Origin: Thermoguttaceae bacterium
Lineage (GTDB): Bacteria; Planctomycetota; Planctomycetia; Pirellulales; Thermoguttaceae
Direction of reading: 5' to 3'
NCBI GenBank assembly: GCA_031553595.1
Contig: JAVBLI010000016.1
Location: 61,773 to 125,772, forward strand
Length of the DNA stretch: 64,000 nucleotides
Every line of letters starts with the position of its first letter. Within the stretch, counting starts at the first letter, position 1. This document shows positions 45,651 to 55,619 of this stretch, in pieces. Below the pieces are notes generated by a model, which was not told the origin of the DNA, did no database searches, and saw only the letters and a list, made by a program, of their open reading frames with translations. The position numbers and the translations under genes were made by a program.

Positions 45651-48600
45651 ATGAAGGAAGACCTTTTTGTCCAGAAAAATCCGCTTCAAGGTGTGCCGGG
45701 GGCTTCGCGTGACGATCTTTTCGTCCAGGAGAATCCGATTCTCAATACGCCGACGCAGAAGCCGGGAGAGTCGCCGACTCCCGGTTTGGAGTGGGACTTC
45801 AAAGGCATGGGCATGCCCGACAATTTTTCCATTGCGCGGAAATCAATTTGGTTTCAGCTCCTGATTTATACCACGTACACGGGTTTTATCGTCGGCGGTG
45901 CCGTGTTATTATGGGTGCTTGTCATGGTCGCGATGGCTTACCAGAGTCGGCCCAGCGACGGCAACGACCCTTACGTGGCGCCGGCGGATCCGACCACGGC
46001 CGGGGTGCCGCAGGAAGACAAAAACTGCATGGTTCTGGAGGGGCATCCGAACACGGTAACGGTGATCGCGTTTTCGCCGGACGGGCGCACCATGATCAGC
46101 GGCGGCGGGTGGATGGGCGTAACGACGCCTTCCGCGACGAAAAATCTCACGAAGCCCGACCCCGACAATACCGAGGCGAATGTGCTGCGGATGGGGATCG
46201 GCAAGCCCGGTTCCGAGACGCCTGGTGGGGATCCTTCCTTGCCGGACGGCGAGACGCCAGACGGGACGAAAGAGGGCCACTTCAGCCACGGGCTGGATCT
46301 GACGGAAATTCGGAAAGAGGCCGGGCTGCCTCCAGAGGAAGAGGAGGCGGAAACGCTGCTGAAAACGCTTGCTGCGCCGAAAGAGCCTGCCGCGCCGGAA
46401 ACGCCTGTTGCGCCGGAAGTGCCCGCCGAGCCGGAAACATCAGGTGCGCCGGACGGTGTGCAGGATGCGGACGACATTTCTCCGAGCCGATCCACCAGCC
46501 ATACGATTTCGACCACGATGTCCACGACGTCCACCACGAGTGAGACGGTGGTCAAGACGATCATGCTGCCGACGAACGGAGCCACCGGTGAAACGACCAG
46601 CGAAGCGGCGGATAAATCAGCGGAAGAAACCCCGGCCCCGCCGAAAAATGAGGATCCTTCCCCGGCGGCGCCTTCTCATGAAAACGCGCCGGTCGCGGCC
46701 GCTGAAAACGCTCCGGAATCCCCCGCTTCTGGCGAAACGCAGCCGACGGTGGTGGAGCCGAAATCCGAAACCGAAGCCGGCTCTGGCGAAACGCCCGATG
46801 CGACAGACGAAACGGACGACGAAGGCGACGAGGATGACGAAACGCTGACGGATGGTGCGCACGAACATGCGCCGAAAAAAAACGATGACCTGGAGGCGTC
46901 TATTCTCCAGCTGGAGCCGGACAACCTCATCGACGGCACGGGCGACGTTCTCGGGGAGCTGGAGGATGAGGATCCGCTGAAAACCATGTTTGAACCCAAG
47001 GAAACGCAGCAGCAGAACACGGAGCGAATGGTGATGGATAACATGGCCGCGGCCAGTGTTGCGCCGCCTCCCGGGGAGAGTGACGGCGGGAAAGATTCCC
47101 ATGTAACGCGTCCGATGGACGTGCTGCGGCTGATGCATAATAATTTTCGCCGTCTGCAGGCCATGATGGACCATTACGATCAGGAAGCGAAACGGAAGCT
47201 TCTAGAAAAAGAAGCGGCGCCGGTTTCGCCCGATGAAACGCTGGAAATGATAGAAATCGCGAAGGAGACGGACGATTTGCAGCCGCTGGAAGCGATGCTG
47301 GCCAATCCGCCTCAAATGCCGGTCATGCGTCCGCGCGATGCGCTGGAGCTGATGGCGAATAAATTCCGTCGTGCCATGTTAATCGGGAATTATATGCAGG
47401 AGACGGGGAAGTCGTGGCCGCCGAAACCGCAGTTCGCGGAGAGTGACGAAGCGAAGCGGACGCCGCCTGTGGACATACTTCCCGCCCCGGCGCTGCGGTA
47501 CATTACAGATGTCGAGCCCGCGCCGCAGTACGTGGCGAACATCCATTTCCAGTCGTACCGGAAAGATGAAACCCGCCGTACCGTGGTGGAGAAGCCGGAG
47601 CCGGAACAGGAGCGGCGCGAGGAGATGGAAATCGACGTGAATGAACTGATCACCGGCTCCAAAGGGTCTAACACCGATTCCCTGCAAAAGACGGCGGAGA
47701 AGATTAAGGCCGCCAACGCGGAACATGCCGAGGCGGCGGAAAAGTCGGGGAACTCCTGGGAAAATACTTCCGAGAAGCCAGCGTTTCCGATCGTCATCTG
47801 GGATCTGAAAACATGCAGGCCCAGCCAGATTTTCTGGGAACACGATTTCCCCATCACCTCCATCACCGTCTCGCGGGCGGGGAACCAGTTCGTCTCGACG
47901 GACCTCGGCGGGAACGCCATTTTATGGAAGCTGGTGGACGATTCGGAAAACGAAAACGCGTCGGCCGCGCCGGTGGCGACGCTTCGGTCCATGGAAATTT
48001 CGCGAGGTGGCACGTCTTCCGAAATAAAGATCATGTCCCTGCGTCGTGACGGTGCGGACATGCATTCCACGACCACCGCGGCGTCCGAAACGCTCCAGTC
48101 CCCGACCCTGAGTGAAAGCGGCCAGGCCGCCACGAAACCCGCTACGGCGCGTGCCAAGAGCCGTGGCCCGATCTGGAAAATGGTGGGGAAAATCACGCCC
48201 ACGGTGCGTGGGGAAAAAGGGCTGGGCCGGGTGATTACGTTTTACGGGGCGTCGTTCGCGCCGTCCGGAAAGCAGTTCGTCCTGTGCGGCCAGTCCATCG
48301 CGCTGGACGTCAGCATGAACGCGTATGGCGAGACCGGCATGATCATGCTGTGGGACATCGACTCGTGGAGCGAGGTGACCCGCATGCACCCGATTTCGCA
48401 CCAGCCGAATACCTGGTTCCAGACGCTGAATCCGGTCGGAGTGTACCGCAGTGTGTCGTTCACGCCGGACGGGAAGTATCTGCTGGCCGGGGCCTCCGGA
48501 TTTAACGCGGGGGTGTACTGGTTCCAGTCCGGGGGCGAGGGGCAGTGCATGGCCGTCGACGCCGACCAGCCTCGCAAACAGCGCCAGGTGTTCACCGCGA

Positions 48601-49349
48601 ATATGGAGTTGGAGTCGAACCTCGTTTCCGGCAACAGCGGCCACGAGGGCCCCGACGCGGAACAGCTTCATATCGCCGTCTCGCCGGACGGCAACCGTGT
48701 CGTTTCGGGTGACGAATACGGACGCGTGAACTTCTGGAACTTCACCCCCATTTTCTCGCGTCAGGACCGGGGCGTTTTCCGCCTCTCGGCCGTGGATGTC
48801 AAGGACGCGCAGACCCGACATATCCGCTCCGTCATTTACTCCCGCGATAAGCGCTTCGTCATGCTCGTCGGCGAGGATTCCTCCTTCCGTAATGGGCGAA
48901 AACGGACGTTCGATTATCTCGGAAACCTGAGAATCGCCTCCACGGGCATGTTCCGGCAGATGATGTACGAAGTGCTTTGCGCGCAGTACTCGCCCGACAA
49001 GCAGTACCTGGCTCTGGGGTGTGACGACCATAAAATCCGCGTGTGGAAGATGGACGACATTCCGCTTACGTCCCCGACGGTGCTTTCCTCCGAAACCAAG
49101 GACGGGGAGTCGCCGCCCACGTATGACCAGACCGTGGAAAGTGCGAAGGAAGTCATGACCTTCAAGGAAGACACCTCGAAGGATAATGACAAACTGCGAA
49201 AATACAACCCGGATGAAATCAACAGTCGACTGCCCGGCGAAAACATCCAGGATCCCATGGGGACGCGCAACCGGGCGCTGGAATCGCATAATCCACTGGA
49301 TAAACGCTTGCCCCGCGGATCGGAAGAGCCGATTCATTTGCCGCTGTGA
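45651..49349 (+). CDS. giant membrane-anchored WD40-repeat protein with long disordered insert
   Basis: N-terminal duplicated DLFVQ(K/E)NP motif, then TM helix FQLLIYTTYTGFIVGGAVLLWVLVMVAMAY. WD-like blades include LEGHPNTVTVIAFSPDGRTMISGG, ITSITVSRAGNQFVSTDLGGNAILWKL, IAVSPDGNRVVSGDEYGRVNFWNF and AQYSPDKQYLALGCDDHKIRVWKM. An acidic/Pro/Thr-rich stretch of about 500 aa lies between the first and later blades. Confidence 0.75.
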   Translation: MKEDLFVQKNPLQGVPGASRDDLFVQENPILNTPTQKPGESPTPGLEWDFKGMGMPDNFSIARKSIWFQLLIYTTYTGFIVGGAVLLWVLVMVAMAYQSRPSDGNDPYVAPADPTTAGVPQEDKNCMVLEGHPNTVTVIAFSPDGRTMISGGGWMGVTTPSATKNLTKPDPDNTEANVLRMGIGKPGSETPGGDPSLPDGETPDGTKEGHFSHGLDLTEIRKEAGLPPEEEEAETLLKTLAAPKEPAAPETPVAPEVPAEPETSGAPDGVQDADDISPSRSTSHTISTTMSTTSTTSETVVKTIMLPTNGATGETTSEAADKSAEETPAPPKNEDPSPAAPSHENAPVAAAENAPESPASGETQPTVVEPKSETEAGSGETPDATDETDDEGDEDDETLTDGAHEHAPKKNDDLEASILQLEPDNLIDGTGDVLGELEDEDPLKTMFEPKETQQQNTERMVMDNMAAASVAPPPGESDGGKDSHVTRPMDVLRLMHNNFRRLQAMMDHYDQEAKRKLLEKEAAPVSPDETLEMIEIAKETDDLQPLEAMLANPPQMPVMRPRDALELMANKFRRAMLIGNYMQETGKSWPPKPQFAESDEAKRTPPVDILPAPALRYITDVEPAPQYVANIHFQSYRKDETRRTVVEKPEPEQERREEMEIDVNELITGSKGSNTDSLQKTAEKIKAANAEHAEAAEKSGNSWENTSEKPAFPIVIWDLKTCRPSQIFWEHDFPITSITVSRAGNQFVSTDLGGNAILWKLVDDSENENASAAPVATLRSMEISRGGTSSEIKIMSLRRDGADMHSTTTAASETLQSPTLSESGQAATKPATARAKSRGPIWKMVGKITPTVRGEKGLGRVITFYGASFAPSGKQFVLCGQSIALDVSMNAYGETGMIMLWDIDSWSEVTRMHPISHQPNTWFQTLNPVGVYRSVSFTPDGKYLLAGASGFNAGVYWFQSGGEGQCMAVDADQPRKQRQVFTANMELESNLVSGNSGHEGPDAEQLHIAVSPDGNRVVSGDEYGRVNFWNFTPIFSRQDRGVFRLSAVDVKDAQTRHIRSVIYSRDKRFVMLVGEDSSFRNGRKRTFDYLGNLRIASTGMFRQMMYEVLCAQYSPDKQYLALGCDDHKIRVWKMDDIPLTSPTVLSSETKDGESPPTYDQTVESAKEVMTFKEDTSKDNDKLRKYNPDEINSRLPGENIQDPMGTRNRALESHNPLDKRLPRGSEEPIHLPL

Positions 49350-49583
49350 TGCTGGAAGGGTGTAGGGTGGCTGGCAAGACGCGAACGCACTCTCTTTTCC
49401 CCACACTCCACCCCCCACATCCCATCCCCACCTGGGCCTCCTTTTTTCTGAAAATTCTGCCGGGGTGGGTGTTATCGCCCGTGAGGGATGTTATAATTTG
49501 GGAAAATGATAAAATCATCATTTTTCGAAAACCGTTCATTGTGATATTCGCTCCATACAAATCAGGAAAAGGGACTTTCTATC

Positions 49584-50678
49584 ATGGCCAAAAAAAAGAT
49601 CGCAGCGGAATCGGCCGCTCCTAAAAATCGGTTGGAAAAAATTCTTCACGAGAATCAATCTTTGCGGTCAACCGTCGCGCAGATCGAGAAGGAGTTCGGT
49701 GAGGGCTCGATCATGGCCCTGGGCGCGAACGCGTCGCTGAAGGTGGAGTGTATTTCCACGGGGTGTCTTTCGCTGGACCTGGCGCTGGGCGGGCGTGGGC
49801 TGCCGCGGGGGCGCGTGGTGGAAGTTTTCGGGCCGGAATCCAGTGGCAAAACCACGCTGACGTTGCATGTCGTGGCGGAGGCGCAGAAAGCCGGCGGCGT
49901 CGCGGCGTTTATTGATGCCGAGCATGCGTTGGATCCGTCCTGGGCGAAAAAGCTGGGTGTGGATCTGGAAACGCTGCTGGTCAGCCAGCCGTCCAGCGGC
50001 GAGGAAGCGCTGCACATTGCGGAGATGCTCATCCGCTCGAACGCCGTGGATATCGTCGTGATCGACTCCGTGGCGGCGCTGGTGCCGCGGAAAGAATTGG
50101 AGGGCGACATCGGCGACCAGCACGTGGGGCTCCAGGCCCGGCTCATGAGCCAGTCCCTGCGAAAGCTCACCGGCGTTATCTCGAAAAGCAAGGCGATCGT
50201 CGTTTTCATTAACCAGATCCGCGACAAAATCGGCATGACCGGGTACGGCTCTCCGGAAACCACGCCGGGCGGCCGGGCGCTGAAATTTTACTGCTCCTGT
50301 CGCGTCGACGTGCGGCGGATCGCGCAGGTGAAAGAGGGCGAAAACGTCATCGGGCAGCGGGTGCGTGCGAAAGTGGTGAAGAATAAAGTCGCTCCGCCGT
50401 TTCGTGCCGCCGAATTCGACATGATGCACGATAACGGCATCAGCTACGAGGGTGACATCATCGACCTGGCGCTGGCAGACAAAATCATCAGCCGCAGCGG
50501 CGCGTGGTTCCGTTACGGCGACATGCCGCTGGGGCAGGGCCGGGAAAAGGCTCGGGCGTTTCTGCGCGACAACCCGGACGTTTGCGAGGAAATCAAAGAG
50601 CAGGTGCTGGCCAATCTCGGCGACCAGGCGGCCGTCGACGCCGTGCTGGAAGAGGAAGCCGAGGGCGAGGATTTTTAA
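49584..50678 (+). CDS. recA: recombinase A
   Basis: [21 protein letters not shown] (Walker A), [18 protein letters not shown] and INQIRDKIG are canonical RecA blocks. Confidence 0.95.
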   Translation: MAKKKIAAESAAPKNRLEKILHENQSLRSTVAQIEKEFGEGSIMALGANASLKVECISTGCLSLDLALGGRGLPRGRVVEVFGPESSGKTTLTLHVVAEAQKAGGVAAFIDAEHALDPSWAKKLGVDLETLLVSQPSSGEEALHIAEMLIRSNAVDIVVIDSVAALVPRKELEGDIGDQHVGLQARLMSQSLRKLTGVISKSKAIVVFINQIRDKIGMTGYGSPETTPGGRALKFYCSCRVDVRRIAQVKEGENVIGQRVRAKVVKNKVAPPFRAAEFDMMHDNGISYEGDIIDLALADKIISRSGAWFRYGDMPLGQGREKARAFLRDNPDVCEEIKEQVLANLGDQAAVDAVLEEEAEGEDF

Positions 50679-50735
50679 GGCGGCATCCTTAAATCCCTGT
50701 GTTTTCCCAAGGTAAGAATTGGAAAGGAGCATTTT

Positions 50736-50993
50736 ATGGCAGCGACAACCCCTCAGGAAGAAATTCTCAACGTGGTGAAAAAACTGAGTCCCTGGAGTGT
50801 ATCCCACCTGCTTTCCTACGCGCGTTTTTTGCGACAGGCGGAAGCGGAAAACGAAACGGACGAGGAAGATACCCAGACGCCGGAAGAGGCCACTGTGGAG
50901 ATTATGAACGACCCGGAGGCGTATGCGAGTCATCTGCAGGGAGTGGAGGATATTGAGGCTGGGCGCACGTGGAAACTGGAGGATCTTCTATGA
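50736..50993 (+). CDS. putative type II antitoxin (partner of RelE/ParE-like toxin)
   Basis: 85-aa acidic protein. Its stop overlaps the toxin ATG (ATGA). Family not recognised by eye. Confidence 0.5.
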   Translation: MAATTPQEEILNVVKKLSPWSVSHLLSYARFLRQAEAENETDEEDTQTPEEATVEIMNDPEAYASHLQGVEDIEAGRTWKLEDLL

Positions 50994-51250
50994 ATGCCCG
51001 AAACGTGCAACTGTCGGATGTTGCGAAAACGCAGTTCACGAAAATCCAGGAACCTTTTCATACATCCATCCTGAAAAAACTCAAATTGCTTCAGGAACAT
51101 GGCATGGCGTTGAATAACGTGAAGGCCCTGGCGGGAAATCTTTCCGGATATTATCGCCTGCGTATAGGAAAATACCGAGCGATCCTTATGGTTTCAGGAA
51201 ATACAATTTTCGTTACTTCTATCACGCTCCGCCGGGACGCTTATGAATGA
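50990..51250 (+). CDS. RelE/ParE-superfamily toxin
   Basis: 86 aa. LSGYYRLRIGKYRAILMVSGNTIFVTSITLRRDAY matches the RelE/StbE pattern (G.yRlRvGdYRiiY....i.i..v.hRkdvY). Confidence 0.7.
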   Translation: MNARNVQLSDVAKTQFTKIQEPFHTSILKKLKLLQEHGMALNNVKALAGNLSGYYRLRIGKYRAILMVSGNTIFVTSITLRRDAYE

Positions 51251-51297
51251 ATCGCCGTGCAGTGATCGCACGTTACTTTTTTACAGGAAAAATATTT

Positions 51298-51843
51298 ATG
51301 GACTATCGTCCCGACCCGAATCTCGATCTGAAAGATTACGTCACTACCATTCCGGATTACCCGCACGCGGGCATTCTTTTTCGGGACATCACCACGATCA
51401 TCCAGTCGCCGGTGGCGTTCCGCGAGGCGTGCAGCCGACTTGCGGACACGCTGCGGGATCTGGAAATCGACATCATTGCGGCCCCGGAAGCGCGGGGTTT
51501 CATCTTCTCGGCCCCGGTGGCCAACGCGCTGGGCTGCGGTCTGGTGCCGGTACGTAAGCCGGGCAAATTGCCGAGGGCGGTGATTACGCAGGAGTATGCG
51601 CTGGAATACGGGACGGACACGCTGTGTATGCACGTGGACGCCATCCCCGCCGGGGCGCGCGTGCTGATTCTGGACGATTTACTGGCCACCGGCGGAACCG
51701 TGGAGGCCGTGCGGAAGCTGGTGGAGAAAGCCGGCGGAAATGTAATAGGTTACGCGTTCGTCATGGAGCTTTCCACCGAATGTGCCGGCCGCAAGCGCCT
51801 GGAAACTCCGGAAACGCCGGTGTATACGTTGATTGATTATTAG
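51298..51843 (+). CDS. apt: adenine phosphoribosyltransferase
   Basis: IPDYPHAGILFRDITTI and the PRPP-binding motif VLILDDLLATGGT. Start trimmed to MDYRPD. Confidence 0.9.
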   Translation: MDYRPDPNLDLKDYVTTIPDYPHAGILFRDITTIIQSPVAFREACSRLADTLRDLEIDIIAAPEARGFIFSAPVANALGCGLVPVRKPGKLPRAVITQEYALEYGTDTLCMHVDAIPAGARVLILDDLLATGGTVEAVRKLVEKAGGNVIGYAFVMELSTECAGRKRLETPETPVYTLIDY

Positions 51844-51856
51844 CGGCAAGCGTCTT

Positions 51857-52652
51857 TGCAGAGCCGCAATCGTAAGATTGCGAAAAGGGGATGGGATGTA
51901 AGTTTCGTTTCATCCCTACGATGTATATTAACCGTGTACTTTAGTGCGTGAAGGGCAGTTTCGCCTCATTGGCCTCCAGCGTAAGTGCAGATCCTGCAGA
52001 GCCACAATCGTAGGATTACCGAAACAATTTGACCCATAAGAAATCCTCGCTGCAATCACGCAATCTTACGATTGCGGCTCTGTGAAATGGCCTGTCGACA
52101 CAACATTCCTTTAGCGTATTTAATCACCTTTACCTGTTACGGTACGTGGCTGCACGGCGACGAACGCGGGTCGGTCGACTTCCTGCACAACCATTTCGGT
52201 GAACCGGCTTTAGACGAAAACGCACTCAGAGAACAATACGAATTCAAGAAATTGAAACATCAGCAAGTTACTTTGGCGCAGGAGCAGAGGAACTGTGTCG
52301 CACAATCAATTCGTGAAGTATGCCAGTATCGTGAGTGGAAATTATTGGAAGTGAACGTGCGGACGAATCACGTTCACGTTGTTGTGTATTCACAGGAATC
52401 GCCGAATATAATTCTACGTGCTTTGAAATCACGAAGTACGGTGAACCTGAAAAAGAGTGGATTGTTTTCCGCTGAACGTTTATGGACTCGCGGTGGCAGC
52501 GGCCGATATTTATGGGACGAAGACGCGGTTACCGCGGCGCGTCAATATGTGAGAGAGCAATAGCAGTGCCGCAATCGTAAGCTTGCAGGAAAAGTTCACG
52601 CAATAAAAAGATCACGCCGCAATCACGCAATCTTACGATTGCGGCTCTGCAG
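51857..52652 (+). mobile_element. REP/RAYT unit: IS200-like Y1 transposase gene flanked by inverted REP hairpins
   Basis: REP copies lie at 51857-51882 (+), 51994-52020 (+, degenerate), 52048-52082 (-), 52564-52588 (+) and 52615-52652 (-). The core is cagagccgcaatcgtaagattgcg (stem cgcaatc/gattgcg). The 35-nt units at 52048 and 52615 differ by 1 nt. Confidence 0.7.
52087..52563 (+). CDS. IS200/IS605-family Y1 (HUH) transposase-like protein, RAYT-like
   Basis: HUH motif in VRTNHVHVVV. The C-terminal LWTRGGSGRYLWDEDAVTAARQYVREQ resembles the IS200 TnpA catalytic-Tyr helix. Start at MACRHN (ATG 52087), just after a REP. Confidence 0.65.
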   Translation: MACRHNIPLAYLITFTCYGTWLHGDERGSVDFLHNHFGEPALDENALREQYEFKKLKHQQVTLAQEQRNCVAQSIREVCQYREWKLLEVNVRTNHVHVVVYSQESPNIILRALKSRSTVNLKKSGLFSAERLWTRGGSGRYLWDEDAVTAARQYVREQ

Positions 52653-52663
52653 GAAACCCGACC

Positions 52664-53581
52664 ATGCATATCCTCCTTGCCGCTCCGCGCGGTTTTTGTG
52701 CCGGCGTGAACATGGCCATCCATGCGCTGGACGAGGCGCTGACGAAATACGGTGCGCCGGTGTATGTTTTTCACGAAATCGTGCATAACAACCACGTCGT
52801 GGAGGAATTCCTCGCGCGCGGCGCGGTTTTTGTGGATTCACTGGAGGATGTGCCCGACGGGGTGTGCCTGATGTACTCCGCCCACGGCGTCGCGCCGGAG
52901 GTGCGTAAACGGGCACAGGAAAAGAACTTGCGCGTGGTCGACGCCACGTGTCCGCTGGTGAATCGCGTGCATCAGCAGGCGAAGCGGCTGGCCGAGTCCG
53001 GGTATTCGGTGCTTTTAATCGGGCACGCGGGGCACGATGAAATCGTGGGAATCGTGGGCGAGGCGCCGCACGCCATCCAGACGCTGTGCGCGGTCGAGGA
53101 TGTGGAAAAGCTTCACGTGCCGAACCAGCAGAAGGTGGCCTATTTAACGCAAACCACGCTCTCGCTGGACGAAACGCAGACGCTCGTCGAGAAGCTGCAC
53201 GCGCGTTTTCCGCATCTCCAGACGCCGGTGCCCAGTTGCATCTGTTATGCCACGCAGAATCGCCAGCGCGGGGTACGGGAGTTGGCGCCGCAGTGCGAAA
53301 TGGTGCTGGTTGTGGGCAGTTCCAGCAGCTCGAACAGCCGGCGGCTCATGGAATTAGCGCTGCGGCAGGGCGTCCGCGCGATGCTCATCGACGGGGTGGA
53401 AGAACTCAGCCCGGATATGTTTCAGGGAGGGGAATCGGTGCTGATCACGGCCGGGGCCAGTGCGCCGGAGTGGGTCGTGCAGAGCATCATCCAAAAATTG
53501 CGGGAAACCTTTCACGCCACGCTCGAGACCGTGGAAATCTGCAAGGAAACGCTGCAATTCAAGACGCCGATTGATTCGTAA
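52664..53581 (+). CDS. ispH: 4-hydroxy-3-methylbut-2-enyl diphosphate reductase
   Basis: MHILLAAPRGFCAGVNMAI (first Cys ligand), VVDATCPLV (second) and SSSSNSRRL are canonical IspH/LytB blocks. Confidence 0.92.
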   Translation: MHILLAAPRGFCAGVNMAIHALDEALTKYGAPVYVFHEIVHNNHVVEEFLARGAVFVDSLEDVPDGVCLMYSAHGVAPEVRKRAQEKNLRVVDATCPLVNRVHQQAKRLAESGYSVLLIGHAGHDEIVGIVGEAPHAIQTLCAVEDVEKLHVPNQQKVAYLTQTTLSLDETQTLVEKLHARFPHLQTPVPSCICYATQNRQRGVRELAPQCEMVLVVGSSSSSNSRRLMELALRQGVRAMLIDGVEELSPDMFQGGESVLITAGASAPEWVVQSIIQKLRETFHATLETVEICKETLQFKTPIDS

Positions 53582-53633
53582 TGCTGCGTCGTTCTTTTTC
53601 TCTGACTATAAGTCGAAAAATTAAAAAGCAGTT

Positions 53634-55619
53634 TCACCGGATTTCGAGGATCGCGTCCACGTTTCCTTCTTCGTCGAACGTGCCGATAAAGTTCTCGGAG
53701 GTGAGGTTATGGCCCAGCAGCGAGCGATTCGCGGCGGGGGCGAGGCTGCGGTAAATCAGCCACTGGGAATCCGCCACCATGACGCGCGTTCCGCTGGCGA
53801 TGTATGCGGGCACTTTCTGTAATTTCTGGGCCACGGTCAGCCGGCGCCACGTCAGCGAGCTGTGCAGCCGTTCATCATAAAGATCGAAAAACAGCGGCGC
53901 GAAAATCGCTTCCCGCGGCGAGTGGCAGCGGTATTCGAGCATGCCGTTTTTGCACATCAGCCCTTCCGTCTTCCCCACCTGATGACGCCATTCCGGCAGC
54001 GCCAGCGGCAGCACTAGCGCCTTTATTTCCCGCGGCGTGTACAGCGACATTTCGAACGAATCCGCGTTCTCCCCGGCTTTCACCCCCGGGAAAATCGGCA
54101 GGCGGGCCGTGTATTCCAGTCCCTGATTTTTCCGCAGCTTTTTCGGCTCCGGCGGCGTGGAAGCGGCGGGTAGCCACGGCTCCATGAACGCCTCACTGGC
54201 CTCCATAAACTCCTCCGGCGGCAGCACCGCGTCCGCCAGCAGCACGAAACCCTCGCGCTTCGCCAGCGCCACGCTGCGCTGAAACCGAAACCCGTCCGTC
54301 AGCAGCATTTCCAGCTCCACGTACCCCACGTCATCACTGTCCTCATGGCACACCATGTCCCACGTGTCCGCGGCCACCAGCGGCTTCCCGTTCCATTTAA
54401 TTTCATAATCCCAGTCGCCGGAGATCAGCGTGGTGCCCAGATTTCCCAACTCCACACGCGGCACGGGCTTCTCCCACGTCAGCGCCGAAACGGATTCCTC
54501 CCGGTCCCACGCGCCGCGCATCACCGCCACGGCACTCCACTCCGAAATATTCACACTCTCCGGCACGGGTTCTTTCTCCGCCGCCTCCACCGCGTATTTC
54601 GGATACCCAGGCAGGGCCAGCGGCGCCAGCACGAACTGGTTATCCGCATCCGCGTCCATCACCCGCACCGCCGTGAACAGCCCCGGCTCCCACGCCCCGG
54701 TTTTCGCGCCCTCCGGCGAGAACATCAGCGTGCCGTCCGGCCGCGTGAGATGAATCGCACACCGCGAAACCCACTCGTACTGATGATTCACGGCCTGCGA
54801 AAAAATCGTCGATTCCTCCCGCGGCAAGGCATTATTTTCACCAAGCGACGAAAGCTCCCAGTCCAACCACTTCATCCGCGTCCAACTGGCCAGCAGCACG
54901 CGCGAAACGCCGAGATTTTTCGCCTGCACCATGCCCGCCCCGTCCAGCAGCACGTCCAGCGTCTCCTCCATCACGGCCACCGCCTGCTTCACCCACGTGT
55001 TATGCTGCGGCATTTCAGGAAAATACGCCGCCAGGGTCAGCGGCAACTCGCCCGCCATCAGCAGATACTGCACCGGGGTGTCCTCGAGGGAAATCACTCG
55101 CGCGTCCGCCGCCACCTGCGCGAGCGTGTCCAGCAGCTCCTGCCACACGTCCGGCGAGAAACCTTCCAGCGTTTTCAACCATTCCAGTGCCCGGGCCGCC
55201 GCCAGCACGAGAAACACGCCGTTCAGGTTTTTATCCGGCTCCGCCGCCGTTTTCACCGCCCGCAGGAGTTTCTTTCCGTTCCCGAAAAACGCCGCCGCGT
55301 CTTTCCGGGAAAGTCCGGGTTTATGCGGAATGCCCACCGCTTTCCTGGATTTCGCGAAATCATCCGCCATGACCGTCATCGCCGTCAGCATCTGAATCAT
55401 CTTCAGCGCGGTATCAGAAAACCCGCGTTTTTTCGCACCCGGCGGAAGCCCGTCTTCCCTCACGCCCCATAAAACCGGCACCGCCGCCGGCCAATTCCGC
55501 CGGACGATATAATCCATCATCCGCGAATTTCTTGTCTCCGACGTGTTTAACTGCGACAAAAGTTCATCTTTCATAAGATTCATGTGGCACTCAACTTTTT
55601 GAACACTTTTTGTTTTCAA
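53634..55619 (-). CDS. hypothetical protein (661 aa)
   Basis: Long uninterrupted ORF with coding-like composition. No family recognised with confidence; a heparinase II/III-like fold is only a guess. Confidence 0.5.
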   Translation of the reverse strand: MKTKSVQKVECHMNLMKDELLSQLNTSETRNSRMMDYIVRRNWPAAVPVLWGVREDGLPPGAKKRGFSDTALKMIQMLTAMTVMADDFAKSRKAVGIPHKPGLSRKDAAAFFGNGKKLLRAVKTAAEPDKNLNGVFLVLAAARALEWLKTLEGFSPDVWQELLDTLAQVAADARVISLEDTPVQYLLMAGELPLTLAAYFPEMPQHNTWVKQAVAVMEETLDVLLDGAGMVQAKNLGVSRVLLASWTRMKWLDWELSSLGENNALPREESTIFSQAVNHQYEWVSRCAIHLTRPDGTLMFSPEGAKTGAWEPGLFTAVRVMDADADNQFVLAPLALPGYPKYAVEAAEKEPVPESVNISEWSAVAVMRGAWDREESVSALTWEKPVPRVELGNLGTTLISGDWDYEIKWNGKPLVAADTWDMVCHEDSDDVGYVELEMLLTDGFRFQRSVALAKREGFVLLADAVLPPEEFMEASEAFMEPWLPAASTPPEPKKLRKNQGLEYTARLPIFPGVKAGENADSFEMSLYTPREIKALVLPLALPEWRHQVGKTEGLMCKNGMLEYRCHSPREAIFAPLFFDLYDERLHSSLTWRRLTVAQKLQKVPAYIASGTRVMVADSQWLIYRSLAPAANRSLLGHNLTSENFIGTFDEEGNVDAILEIR

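Noticed and set aside
45301-45654. 117-aa ORF in the flotillin / WD40 divergent intergenic region.
   Set aside because: It has AT-rich non-coding composition, no RBS and no recognisable features. It more likely spans promoter and leader sequence, including an extended -10 (TGTTATAAT) at 45567-45575.
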